A stretch of 64,000 bases of DNA from an uncultured Candidatus Rokubacteria bacterium (GTDB taxonomy: Bacteria; Methylomirabilota; Methylomirabilia; Rokubacteriales; DASRDR01). The translations under genes and the position numbers were made by a program. Shown piece by piece: positions 10,260 to 20,212 of the stretch. The DNA lies in contig CAVPSB010000019.1 in the NCBI GenBank assembly GCA_963708025.1, positions 1-64,000 of the forward strand, in the 5' to 3' direction. The notes below the pieces were generated by a model. The model was not told the origin of the DNA. It saw only the letters and a list, made by a program, of their open reading frames with translations, and did no database searches. Each line of letters begins with the position of its first letter. Within the stretch, counting starts at the first letter, position 1.

Positions 10260-10895
10260 GTTTCGCATGTGGTTGACGAGAGCGGCGGCGACTAACTTCG
10301 CGACGCTTTCAAACCCTTGGCGGATCAACTCTGGCGTCTCGAGATACTCCTCTATCGAGTGCTTGGGCGTTCCTCCGTTCATGCTCGTGATGTATTCATG
10401 TCGCTGCCAGACAACTGAACCATCCTTCCGAACGAGCGAGGCTATCACCCCGAGCATCGGCCGCACTTCCGTGGAAAATGCCCACGTAGCGCCAAAGCCG
10501 AACATCGGCACTTCCAGCTTGACCTGAGCGTCACCGCCTTCCGGAACGATCGAAAAGAACCCGGCCCTGCCCAACTCTGCCGCAAACTGCTCTCGGACGA
10601 TCTGCCCGACGTCGATCTGCCTCCGTCGCATCGCACCGACTAACTCGATCCCAGGGTCTTGTCGGTGCGGCGGCCGACCTGTGTAGAGCATGGCGCCAGG
10701 GATTGTGACGTTCTTGCCGATTGACACCGACTGAATAGACTCCCTGGCCTGTTTGGTGATGGGGATACTGGTGATGGGACTACAGCCACCAGCCCAGCAC
10801 GTTACGACCAGAAAGGGCATGACCGACCAAGATCGTCGAAAGAAGCTGCTGATAGAAGGCACCGTGATCGGCTTTTTGCGGCGGGTAGTCAACAT
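10260..10895 (-). CDS. Hypothetical putative lipoprotein (3' end uncertain; the ORF reads on to 9639)
   Basis: Leader ending WAGGC; protein-like sequence until ...ALVNHMR, then low-complexity read-through. Confidence 0.5.
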
Positions 10896-11115
10896 GACGC
10901 CCCTTCTCGGTCCTCGCGGGACTCGACGTCTGGTTTTCCTGCGGGCTAGGTCCGGCGAGGTCGTCCTGGTCAGCGCCCTGATCGTAGAAGCTCCTCGGCG
11001 GCTGACCGGCCGGGGATTGAGGCTCGTCCGACCGGTCCACCGCCGCCCGGCTCTCCATCGAGAGCCACCGAGTCCACCTCGTAGTTATGGCCGTGCGCCG
11101 TCTTCCGTAGCGTCG

Positions 11116-11498
11116 TCAGCGTGGGATGTTCACAAATACCTCGTCCGAGAATGCCGTCGTGGACGCGCAGTTGCGGTCGTGGCGACGTCCCGTGAGGCAT
11201 ACAGTGAGACTGTCGGCAGTCTTCGTGACCTTCCTCACTAGCGCCCCGGCTGGTTCGGCACATGTAACGGACCATGGAGCAGGCCGCAGTCTGCATTGTC
11301 GGGAATGTCCGTCGAGAATGGCGTCGTACTGCTAATTGGAACACTTGGCGAATGGAGGGGCGTCACGGTTCCGGTGAACTTGATGGGCGCCCCGGATGAC
11401 GTGACCTCGACCCCAAGCGTGTAGTTCCAATTGTATCCGCCGTCACACCCCGGAAGCAGTAGCAGAAGGAGCACAGCGCTCGCCAAGAGTACCTCCAT
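11116..11498 (-). CDS. Small putative lipoprotein with a probable frameshift near 11275
   Basis: MEVLLASAVLLLLLLPGC lipoprotein signal; a plausible continuation SVTCAEPAGALVRKV...FVNIPR* lies in another frame. Confidence 0.45.
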
Positions 11499-11989
11499 CC
11501 GGCGCGTGCGAATGCTTGCCCATAGCCGCCCGTGCTCATCTCGCAGTTCCTGGTTCATCCCGCCTCCTTCGAGACGACGGCCGCAGGACCGTCTAGGCCA
11601 GTAACCCGCACCACACCGACACGGCCGTTCAGCGGGAATGTTCCGTCGGCGCGGTGAGCCCACCCCACTGCTCGCAAGGACCATGCCCACGTGGCAAGTT
11701 CCAGTTGCGCAAGGCGATTCGGGCTGTGGGTTGTAGGAAGGATGTGGGGCAGGACTATCCCAACGGGGTCAGGTGCGGCCCAGGTCGTGCAGGGCCCACT
11801 CGCTTCTACGGCCCGATGTCCCCAGGAGTTCGCCGATCAGGTCCTCCAAGGCCACCACCGGCCCACTCGATGAGGGGTCTGGAGGCTCTTGAAAACGGAT
11901 TCGCTAGTGGCGTGTTCTGAGGATCACGGTCACATCACGCGGACCACGCCGGGCCACCTTCAGAGAGTCGGTGACCAGTAGTCGCGATC

Positions 11990-13234
11990 TCAGGACGGGA
12001 TGCCGACCGGCCGGGCGACGGCGGGCCCGCCGGCCTGGACCCGATTGATGAGCACGAGCCCGACGACGAACATGAGGCCGACGGTCAGGATGGCGAGCCG
12101 CTGGTTGCCGCCCGTCGCCAGCGAGACGGCGCCGAAGATCGTCGGGCCGATGATCGCCGCCGTCTTCCCGACCAGCGAGTAGAAGCCGAACATCGCGGCC
12201 TCCCGGCCGGGCGGGATCAGGCTGGCCATGAATGCCCGCGCGGCGGCCTGGATGGCGCCCAGCCCGGTGCCGGCCAGGATGGCCACCAGCCAGAACTCCC
12301 ACTTGGCGGTGACGACGTAGGCGGCCACCGCCACCAGGCACCACTGGACGAGGGTGATCCGCACGACGAACTTCGGGCCCCGCGTGTCGATCGGGCGGGC
12401 CCAGACCCAGGCGCCGGCCAGCGCCGAGAGCTGGACGACGAAGTAGAGGAGGATGACCTCGGGCGTCGTGAACCCGAGCGTGTGGCCCGCGAACACCGAG
12501 GAGAAGAAGACGACGGTGTTGATGCCGTCCTCGAAGAAGAGGTAGGCGAGCAGGAAGCCGCGCAGGTCGGGGAGCCTCACGATCTCACGCAGCGTCGCCC
12601 AGGCTCCGGCGAACCCGACTCGCACGGCCTGACCCACGCTCGACGCGCCGGGCCGGTCGGGTGGGAGGTAGACGAGGGCCGGCACCGCGAAGACCCCGTA
12701 CAGCAGGGCGGCCGACAGGAAGGCGCCGCCGTAGTGCTCGTGGAGGGCGAAGGGGAGCGCGACCGCGAGGGCGACGGCCGACCCCGCGTAGCCCACCGCG
12801 AAGCCGTAGGCGGACAGGCGGCCCCGCCACTCGGGAGAGGCGAGGTCCGGCAGGTAGGCGTTGTAGTAGACGATGGCCGCCTCGAAGCCGACCGTGCCCA
12901 CCACCGCCAGCACGAACCCCCAGATCACGTCGCCCGGGCCGACGGTGGCCATCAGCGCGGTCGCGACCACCGAGGCGTAGGTCAGCAGGCCGAGGAACCG
13001 CTTCCGGACCCCGGCGTGGTCGGCGATGGCGCCGAGCGGTGGCGAGCCGAGGGCCACCAGGAGCATCGACGTCGTCACCGACAGGCCCCACCAGAAATCG
13101 CCCTGGCCGCGCTCGTTGCCGACGACGGACAGCGCGTAGTACTTGGAGTAGACGGTGGCGGGGATGACGGCGACGTAGGCCGAGTTGGCGAAGTCGTAGA
13201 GCGTCCAGGCGACGATCGGCTTCCGGTCCGCCAC
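11990..13234 (-). CDS. MFS transporter, UMF1/ATG22-like
   Basis: AWTLYDFANSAY, YYNAYLPDL, FGFYSLVGK; 12-TM pattern. Confidence 0.9.
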   Translation of the reverse strand: MADRKPIVAWTLYDFANSAYVAVIPATVYSKYYALSVVGNERGQGDFWWGLSVTTSMLLVALGSPPLGAIADHAGVRKRFLGLLTYASVVATALMATVGPGDVIWGFVLAVVGTVGFEAAIVYYNAYLPDLASPEWRGRLSAYGFAVGYAGSAVALAVALPFALHEHYGGAFLSAALLYGVFAVPALVYLPPDRPGASSVGQAVRVGFAGAWATLREIVRLPDLRGFLLAYLFFEDGINTVVFFSSVFAGHTLGFTTPEVILLYFVVQLSALAGAWVWARPIDTRGPKFVVRITLVQWCLVAVAAYVVTAKWEFWLVAILAGTGLGAIQAAARAFMASLIPPGREAAMFGFYSLVGKTAAIIGPTIFGAVSLATGGNQRLAILTVGLMFVVGLVLINRVQAGGPAVARPVGIPS

Positions 13235-13292
13235 CCGGGCACTGTCTCGCGCCGCGCCGGCCGAAGTCAAGCGTGCTAGAATCCACCCCGCC

Positions 13293-14432
13293 ATGCGCGC
13301 GCTGATCGCCGGCGTTCACGAGTTCCCGGAGCGGAAGACCACGCGGAGCGCGCTGGAGATCCAGGCGATCTCCGCCCGGGCCGCCCTGGAGGACGCCGGG
13401 CTCGGCAAGCGCGACGTGGACGGCTACTTCACCGCCGCCGGGGCCGGCGGGCTGGGTCCGCTGCCGCTCCTCGACTACCTGGACCTCAACCCCCGCTACG
13501 TCGACGGCACCACGATCGGCGGCGCCTCGTTCGTCACCCACGTCCACCACGCGGCGGCGGCGATCGCCGAGGGGCGGTGCCGGGTCGCCCTCGTCACCTA
13601 CGGGAGCACCGCCCGCTCGCAGGACGTGGCGGTGGGGACCCGTGGCCGCGCGGCCGGTGACTACGTGGATCAGTTCGAGGCCATCCACGGCCCGACGACC
13701 GTCGCCCTCTACGCGCTCGTCGCCCAGCGGCACATGCACGTCTACGGCACCACCGGCGCCCAGCTCGCCGCCATCGCGGTCGCCTGCCGCCGCCACGCGG
13801 GGCTGAACCCGGACGCCCTCTACCGCGATCCGATCACCGTGGACGACGTGCTCGCCTCGCCGGTGATCGCCTCGCCGCTCCACCTCCTCGACTGCTGCGT
13901 CATCACCGACGGCGGCGGCGCGGTCGTGGTCGTCCACCCCGACCTGGCCCGGGACCTGGCCCGCCCGCCGGTCGCGATCCTCGGCGCCGCCGAGGCGGTC
14001 GCCCACACCGCGGCCGGGCACCGCGACTACCTGGTCTCGGCGGCGGCCCAGAGCGGCCCTCGCGCCCTCGCCGAGGCGGGGGTGAAGCACGACGCGATCG
14101 ACATGGCGATGATCTACGACTCGTTCACGATCACCGTGCTCGTCACGCTGGAGGACCTCGGCTTCTGCCCGAAGGGAGAGGGCGGGCGCTTCGTCGAGGG
14201 CGGCCGGCTCGAGCTGGGCGGCCAGCTCCCGATCAACACCGACGGGGGCGGCCTGTCGAGCAATCACCCCGGCATGCGGGGCATCTTCCTCGTGATCGAG
14301 GCGGTCCGCCAGCTCCGCGGCGCGGCCGGCCCCCGCCAGGTGCCGGACTGCCGGACCGCCCTGGTCCACGGGACGGGTGGGGCCCTCGGCGCTCGCCACT
14401 CGGGGGCGACGCTGATCCTGGCGCGCGCTTGA
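13293..14432 (+). CDS. Thiolase-superfamily protein (SCP-x/lipid-transfer, Ltp2-like)
   Basis: DCCVITDGGGA, IYDSFT, NTDGGGLSSNHPG; no Cys at the canonical acyl-enzyme position (TIGGAS). Confidence 0.85.
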   Translation: MRALIAGVHEFPERKTTRSALEIQAISARAALEDAGLGKRDVDGYFTAAGAGGLGPLPLLDYLDLNPRYVDGTTIGGASFVTHVHHAAAAIAEGRCRVALVTYGSTARSQDVAVGTRGRAAGDYVDQFEAIHGPTTVALYALVAQRHMHVYGTTGAQLAAIAVACRRHAGLNPDALYRDPITVDDVLASPVIASPLHLLDCCVITDGGGAVVVVHPDLARDLARPPVAILGAAEAVAHTAAGHRDYLVSAAAQSGPRALAEAGVKHDAIDMAMIYDSFTITVLVTLEDLGFCPKGEGGRFVEGGRLELGGQLPINTDGGGLSSNHPGMRGIFLVIEAVRQLRGAAGPRQVPDCRTALVHGTGGALGARHSGATLILARA

Positions 14433-14446
14433 CAACGGAGCGTCCG

Positions 14447-16469
14447 ATGTCGATCGAGCCGACCGATCTCCTCGCGATCAAGACCGTCGGCGACGTCCAG
14501 ATCAGCCCGGACGGGACCCGCGTCGCCTACACGCTCGCCGAGATCGACGCCGAGGCGGACGACTACCGGAGCGCGGTGTGGGTGGTGGCCGCCCAGGGTG
14601 GCGAGTCGGCACGGTTCACGCGCGGCCCCCGGCGGGACGGCGCGCCCCGGTGGTCGCCGGACGGACGCTGGCTCGCCTTCCTCTCGGACCGCGACGGCGA
14701 CAAGGCGCAGCTCTACCTCATGCCGGCGGCCGGCGGCGAGGCCCGCCGGGTCGCCACGCTCGAGCCCGGGGTCCGCTCGGCGGCGTGGTCACCCGACGGG
14801 ACCCGGCTCGTGCTCACCGCGCGGGTGCCGATCGAGGCGCCGCCGGCCGACCCCGCGGCCCGGGCCCGCTGGGCCGAGCGCCCGCGGGTCGTGACCCGCG
14901 CGGCCTACAAGGCCGACGGGGCCGGCTACCAGCTCGACCGGCCGAGCCAGCTCTTCGTCGTGCGGGTGGCCGACGGGGCGGTGACCCGGATCACGGACGG
15001 GGAGACCGACGACCGCACCCCTGCCTGGTCTCCCGACGGGACCCGGATCGCCTGGAGCCGGGCCCGCCCGGGGGCGGCCGACTACCACCTCTACGACCTG
15101 TGGGTGGCGGACGCCGATGGCGGGAATGCCCGGCGTCTGACCGAGGACGTCGGCCGGGCGATCGTGCCGTCGTGGTCGCCGGACGGCGCCACCATCGCCT
15201 GCTACGGCACCGACGAGCAGCAGCCCGGCTACGGCGAGCCGCTCTACCGGATCTGGACGGTGCCGGTGGCCGGCGGCGCGCCCCGCCGCCTCACGGCGGG
15301 GTACGACCGCGGCGCGTTCCTGAACCCGGCGCTCGAGCTGAACGCGAGCCCGCTGTGGTCGCCCGACGGGGCGACCCTGACGTTCATCGCCGCGGATGCC
15401 GGCAACGTCCACGCGGTCCGGGTGGCGGTGGCGGACGGCAGCGTCCGGCCCGTCGTGGCTGGCGAGCGCCAGCTCGGGCCGGCGAGCGCGGGCGGGGGCC
15501 GGCTCGCGTTCGCCGCCGGCGCCCCCGACGAGCCCGGCGACGTGTGGAGCGCGGCCTGGGACGGGAGCGACGAGCGGCGGCTCACCCGCGTGAACGAGGC
15601 GCTCCTCGGGCCGCCTCCGGCTGCCCCGGGTCGAGCGGCGTGCCTTCGCGGGCCCGCACGGCGGGACGATCGACGGCTGGCTGGTCCACCCGAGCCCCCC
15701 GGAGGGGCGGGACGAAGGGAGGGCCGGAGGCCCGACGCGTCCCGGCGACTCGAACAATACCGCCCGGCCGGCGCCGCTGCTCGTCCACATCCACGGCGGG
15801 CCGCACTCGTTCGTGGGGAACGCGTTCCTCCACAGCGCCTTCTACGCCTACGTCCTGGCGGCGCGCGGCTGGGCCGTGCTCGCGCTGAACCCGCACGGCT
15901 CCGGCTCGTACGGCCGGGCCTTCGCCCACGCGATCCGCGGCCGGTGGGGGGAGCACGACCTGCCGGAGCAGCTGGCCGCGGTGGACGCGCTGGTCGGCGA
16001 GGGCGTCGCCGACCCCGAGCGGCTGGCCGTCGCCGGCTACTCCTACGGCGGCTACATGACCGCCTGGACCATCGGGCACACCGACCGCTTCCGGGCCGCC
16101 GTCGTCGGCGCCCCGGTGACGAACCTCGAGTCCTTCCACGGCACCTCCGACATCGGCCTCTGGTTCGGGTCCTTCGAGATGGGCGGCGACCTCGTCGGGC
16201 ACCGCGCGACGTACCGGCGGCTCTCGCCCGTCCACGCCGCGGATCGGGTGACCACGCCCACGCTGATCCTCCACGGCGAGGCGGACGACCGCTGCCCGAT
16301 CGGCCAGGGTGAAGAGTTCTTCGCGGCGCTCGTCGCCGCCGGCAAGGCGCCGGCGGAGCTCGTGCGCTACCCGGGCCAGAGTCACCTGTTTCCGGGAACG
16401 GGGCGGCCCAGCCACCGCGTGGACTTCAACCGGCGGGTGGTCGAGTGGGTCGAGCGCCACACGCGATGA
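14447..16469 (+). CDS. S9 family peptidase (PD40 propeller plus catalytic domain); +1 frameshift near 15609 and in-frame palindrome insertion at 15691-15759
   Basis: WSPDG repeats; IHGGPH, GYSYGG, HGEADDRC, SH triad; frames join if one G is removed in ctcgggccgc. Confidence 0.85.
15691..15759 (+). repeat. 69-nt branched palindromic module inserted in frame in the S9 peptidase
   Basis: cgag..ctcg, cccc-cgga-gggg, cgggacg..cgtcccg, gggcc-gga-ggccc; stem shared with the module in copies B and D. Confidence 0.7.
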
Positions 16470-16530
16470 GACACCCTGTGTCAACCCTCTCGTTCCGGCG
16501 ACCTCGTACCACGTCGGGACTGCGGGGCGC

Positions 16531-16572
16531 CCCCCCTCCCCCCGGCGGGTGGGGAGGGGTCGGGGGTGGGGG
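16531..16572 (+). repeat. C-rich/G-rich hairpin repeat, family 2
   Basis: cccctcccc..ggcgggt..ggggagggg-tcgggggtggggg; nearly identical to 18693. Confidence 0.8.
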
Positions 16573-16581
16573 TGGACCCCA

Positions 16582-16992
16582 ATGAGCGCGTACGCCAAGC
16601 CGCTCCCCGAGGTCACGCCGGAGTCGCGGCCGTTCTGGGAGGGGTGCCGCCGCCGCGAGCTCCTCATCCAGCACTGCCGGGCGTGCGGCGCGCTCCAGCA
16701 CTACCCGCGCGGCGTCTGCGCCGCGTGCTGGAGCGGCGACCTCGACTGGCGCGCGAGCTCCGGTCGCGGCGCCGTCTACACCTTCACCGTCGTCCGCCGG
16801 AGCCAGGCGCCCGGGTTCAAGGACGCGCTCCCCTACGTGCTCGCGTACGTCGAGCTGGCGGAGGGGGTCCAGATGCTGACGACCCTCGTGGACGTGGACC
16901 CGGCGCGGGTCGCCATCGGGATGCCCGTGGAGGTCGTCTTCGAGGACGTGACGCCGGACGTCACCCTCCCGCGCTTCCGTCCGATCGGCTAA
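16582..16992 (+). CDS. DUF35 Zn-ribbon/OB-fold protein (ChsH2-like)
   Basis: PFWEG, CRAC..YPR..CAAC, IGMPVEVVF. Confidence 0.9.
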   Translation: MSAYAKPLPEVTPESRPFWEGCRRRELLIQHCRACGALQHYPRGVCAACWSGDLDWRASSGRGAVYTFTVVRRSQAPGFKDALPYVLAYVELAEGVQMLTTLVDVDPARVAIGMPVEVVFEDVTPDVTLPRFRPIG

Positions 16993-17005
16993 GATAGCGC
17001 GTGCC

Positions 17006-18637
17006 ATGACCCACATGACAGGCGGCGAGGCGCTCGCGAAGTCGCTGGCGCGGGAGGGCGTCCGGGTCGTCTTCGGCCTGCCTGGCGTCCAGCTCTACGG
17101 CGTGGTGGCCGGGCTCCGCGACGAGCCCGGGATGCGGTTCGTCACCACCCGCCACGAGCAGGCGACGACCTACATGGCCGACGGCTACGCCCGCGCCGGG
17201 GGCGACGTCGGCGCCGCCCTCGTCGTCCCGGGTCCGGGTCTCTACAACGCGGCGGCAGGGCTGTCCACCGCCTACGCCGCCTCGTCGCCGGTCCTCCTGA
17301 TCTCGGGCCAGATCCCCCGGGCCTACCTCGGCAAGCGCGTCGGCGTCCTCCACGAGGTCGACGACCAGCTCGACGCGCTCCGGCCGGTGACGAAGTGGCG
17401 CCGCACCGTACTCGAGCCGACCGAGATCCCGCGCGCGGTCCAGGAGGCCATCGTCCAGCTCCGGACCGGCCGGCCGCGGCCGGTGGCGATCGAGGTCCCG
17501 CCGGACACGCTCGAGCAGGAGGCGGAGATCGAGCTGCTGCCGCGGAGCGTCGTCGCCCGCCCGGCCGCCAGCCCGGCCGACCTGGACCGGGCGGCGCGGA
17601 TGCTCCTGGCCGCCGAGCGCCCCCTGATCTACGCGGGGGGCGGTGTCCACGCCTCGGGCGCCTCCGCACCGCTGGCCGCGGTGGCCCAGCACCTCCAGGC
17701 CGGCGTGGTCGTGACGGGCGAGGGGAAGGGCGCCGTCAGCGACGCCACCGATCTCTCGCTCGGCGCCGCCCTCTGGCGCGAGAGCCCGCTGCGCGCGCAC
17801 GTGGACGCGGCCGACGTCGTCCTCGCGGTCGGGACCCGCCTGGCGGTGGCGGGGCTTCAGCCCGGGCAGCAGGTGATCCACCTGGACATCGACCCGGAGG
17901 AGATCGGGAGGAGCCACGCGAAGACCGTCGGCCTGGTCGGGGACGCCCGGGCCACGCTGGAGGCGCTGCTGGCCCGCCTCCGGACGGAGCCGTCGCGGCC
18001 GTCGCGGAAGGCCGAGCGGGAGGCGCTGCGCGTCCGGCTGGCCGCGATCGCCGCCGAGGCCGAGCCCCCGGCCGCGATCCTGCGTCACCTGCGGGCGGCC
18101 TTGCCCGAGGACACCATCGTGGTGCCCGACATGACCCAGGTCGGCTACCACTGCCGCCCCTTCTGGCCCGTCTACGCGTCGCGCACGTACCTCACCTCGT
18201 CCTATTCCGGCAACCTGGGCTTCGCCTTCCCGGTGGCGCTCGGCGCCAAGGTGGCCTGCCCCGACCGCCCGGTGGTCGCGCTGGTGGGGGACGGGGGCTT
18301 CCTGTTCAACTCCCAGGAGCTGGCGACCGCCGCCCAGCACGGGATCAACGTCGTGACGGTGGTCTTCAACGACCAGGCCTACGGGAACGTCGCCCGCGAC
18401 CTCGACGAGGCCTGGGGCGGGAAGTTCGCCTCGGAGCTGCAGAACCCCGACTTCGTTCGGCTGGCCGACGCCTACGGGGTCCAGAGCATGCGCGCCAAGG
18501 ATCCGACCGATCTCGAGGATCTCGTCCGCCGCGCGCTCGAGGCGGACCGTCCGGTGCTCATCGAGCTGGTGGTCGGCCGGATGCCGCGGCCCCAGTTCTT
18601 CGGCCCGCGGAAGCAGCTGACCCGCTACCAGCGTTGA
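17006..18637 (+). CDS. Thiamine pyrophosphate-binding enzyme (acetolactate synthase-like)
   Basis: FGLPG, RHEQ, GDGGF...N TPP motif. Confidence 0.9.
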   Translation: MTHMTGGEALAKSLAREGVRVVFGLPGVQLYGVVAGLRDEPGMRFVTTRHEQATTYMADGYARAGGDVGAALVVPGPGLYNAAAGLSTAYAASSPVLLISGQIPRAYLGKRVGVLHEVDDQLDALRPVTKWRRTVLEPTEIPRAVQEAIVQLRTGRPRPVAIEVPPDTLEQEAEIELLPRSVVARPAASPADLDRAARMLLAAERPLIYAGGGVHASGASAPLAAVAQHLQAGVVVTGEGKGAVSDATDLSLGAALWRESPLRAHVDAADVVLAVGTRLAVAGLQPGQQVIHLDIDPEEIGRSHAKTVGLVGDARATLEALLARLRTEPSRPSRKAEREALRVRLAAIAAEAEPPAAILRHLRAALPEDTIVVPDMTQVGYHCRPFWPVYASRTYLTSSYSGNLGFAFPVALGAKVACPDRPVVALVGDGGFLFNSQELATAAQHGINVVTVVFNDQAYGNVARDLDEAWGGKFASELQNPDFVRLADAYGVQSMRAKDPTDLEDLVRRALEADRPVLIELVVGRMPRPQFFGPRKQLTRYQR

Positions 18638-18692
18638 ACAGACGTGAAGCAGTCCCCTCGCCCGGGTAGCCTGGAGCTGGCAGTGGCAGGCA

Positions 18693-18735
18693 CCCCTCCC
18701 CCCGGTGGGTGGGGAGGGGCCGGGGGTGGGGGAGG
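18693..18735 (+). repeat. C-rich/G-rich hairpin repeat, family 2
   Basis: cccctcccc..ggtgggt..ggggagggg-ccgggggtgggggagg. Confidence 0.8.
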
Positions 18736-18754
18736 CTCCGAATAGGAGGGGCTC

Positions 18755-19966
18755 ATGGACCTCCATCCGACGGCCGAGGACCGCGCCTTCCGTCTGGAGA
18801 CCCGCCGGTGGCTCGAGGCCAGCGTGCCCCGCGGCGAGCTGAAGACCCCCGGCGAGCGGCGCGCCTGGCACCAGCAGCTCTACGACGCCGGCTACATCGG
18901 CATGGGCTGGCCGAAGGAATACGGCGGCCAGGCGGCCTCGCCGATGCGCCAGGCCATCGTGTCCGACGAGCTGGCCCGGATCAACGCGCCGCCGGCGATG
19001 AACCAGCTCGGCATCTCGATCTGCGGCCCGACGATCATTGTCTGCGGCACCGAAGCCCAGAAGCGGCGGTACCTGAAGAAGATCCTCACGGCCGAGGAGC
19101 TGTGGTGCCAGCTCTATTCCGAGCCCAACGCCGGCTCCGACCTGGCGAGTCTCCGCACCGGGGCCGAGGACCGGGGCGACCACTTCGCGGTCAACGGCCA
19201 GAAGATCTGGACGAGCGGAGGCGTCCACGCCGACTGGGGGCTGCTGCTGGCCCGCACCGACCCGGCGGTGCCGAAGCACAAGGGCATCTCGTGCTTCCTC
19301 CTGTCGATGCGCCAGCCGGGCGTCGATGTCCGGCCGCTCCGCCAGCTCACGGGGAGCGCGCACTTCGCCGAGGTCTTCATGACCGACGCCCGGGCGGAGA
19401 AGGCCGACCAGATCGGACGGCTCGGCCAGGGGTGGGAGATCGCCCAGACGACGCTCTCGTACGAGCGCGGCGGGAACTCGCTGGCCCGCGTCACGCGGTA
19501 CGCCGCGGCGTTCGGTCAGCTCGTGCGGGCGGCCCGCGAGCTTCGCCGGGACGGGCGGCCATTGCTGGACGACCCGCGGGTGCGCGCCCGCGTCGGCGGC
19601 ATCTACGCCGAGCTGGAGGTGCAGCGGTACGCGGCGCTGCGCGTCCTGTCCGCCCTGGAGAAGGGGGAGAGCCCGGGCCCGGCGTCGTCGATCACGAAGC
19701 TGTCCTACAGCGAGTTCGAGAAGCGCTACCAGGAGCTGGCCCTGGAGATCCTGGGGCCGTGGGGTCAGCTCACCGACGCCCTGCCCCACGACTTCCTGGA
19801 GATCGACACCTCCTCCGGCGAGCCGGGGAGCTGGGCCCACGCGTTCCTCTGGTCGCGCGCCGGCACGATCTACGCCGGCTCCTCGGAGATCCAGAAGAAC
19901 GTCATCGCCGACCGGGTCTTGCAGCTGCCGAAGGAGCCGCGCGCGGACCGTGTGCCGGGCCGATAA
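18755..19966 (+). CDS. Acyl-CoA dehydrogenase (catalytic subunit of an alpha2beta2-type pair)
   Basis: WCQLYSEPNAGSDL, NGQKIWTS, YERG, IYAGSSEIQKN. Confidence 0.9.
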   Translation: MDLHPTAEDRAFRLETRRWLEASVPRGELKTPGERRAWHQQLYDAGYIGMGWPKEYGGQAASPMRQAIVSDELARINAPPAMNQLGISICGPTIIVCGTEAQKRRYLKKILTAEELWCQLYSEPNAGSDLASLRTGAEDRGDHFAVNGQKIWTSGGVHADWGLLLARTDPAVPKHKGISCFLLSMRQPGVDVRPLRQLTGSAHFAEVFMTDARAEKADQIGRLGQGWEIAQTTLSYERGGNSLARVTRYAAAFGQLVRAARELRRDGRPLLDDPRVRARVGGIYAELEVQRYAALRVLSALEKGESPGPASSITKLSYSEFEKRYQELALEILGPWGQLTDALPHDFLEIDTSSGEPGSWAHAFLWSRAGTIYAGSSEIQKNVIADRVLQLPKEPRADRVPGR

Positions 19967-20173
19967 CCTTCGCATCCCGTCGTGCTTCTTCCCGGCCGGG
20001 ACGCGCTCGGCCTGCGTCGATCGGACGGCCTTCGGCCTGTGGGCGCCCGTCCCGACCTCCGGGGTCGCCGCCCATCCTCGGCGTATGCGGCATACGCCTG
20101 CGGTGGGCGGCTCCCTGCGTCCTCCGGACGGCCTTTGGCCTCTGGGGGCTGCTCGGTTCTCGGCCCGGCACAC
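19950..20173 (+). repeat. Structured palindromic element family 1, copy B (with two inserted hairpin modules)
   Basis: gtgtgccgggccgataacc/ggttctcggcccggcacac terminal stem; same core as copy A. Confidence 0.9.
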
Positions 20174-20212
20174 TTCAATGTGTCGCCTCCCGGGGGTGAG
20201 TGGGGAGGTCCG

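Noticed and set aside
9639-10260. Genuine antisense overlap of the 418-aa ORF with the 9714-10115 gene
   Set aside because: The tail is low-complexity; a lost stop codon or indel is more plausible.
11882-11968. Possible IS-end remnant (ggctcttgaa...ttcagagagtc)
   Set aside because: Short imperfect inverted repeat, single copy, no target duplication.
6882-11989. Integron cassette array
   Set aside because: Mixed gene orientation, no integrase, and no convincing attC R/L boxes found by eye.
16961-20173. Long antisense and alternative-frame ORFs (1070 aa here, many others elsewhere)
   Set aside because: Expected shadows of high-GC coding sequence; Arg/Gly/Pro-rich and without motifs.
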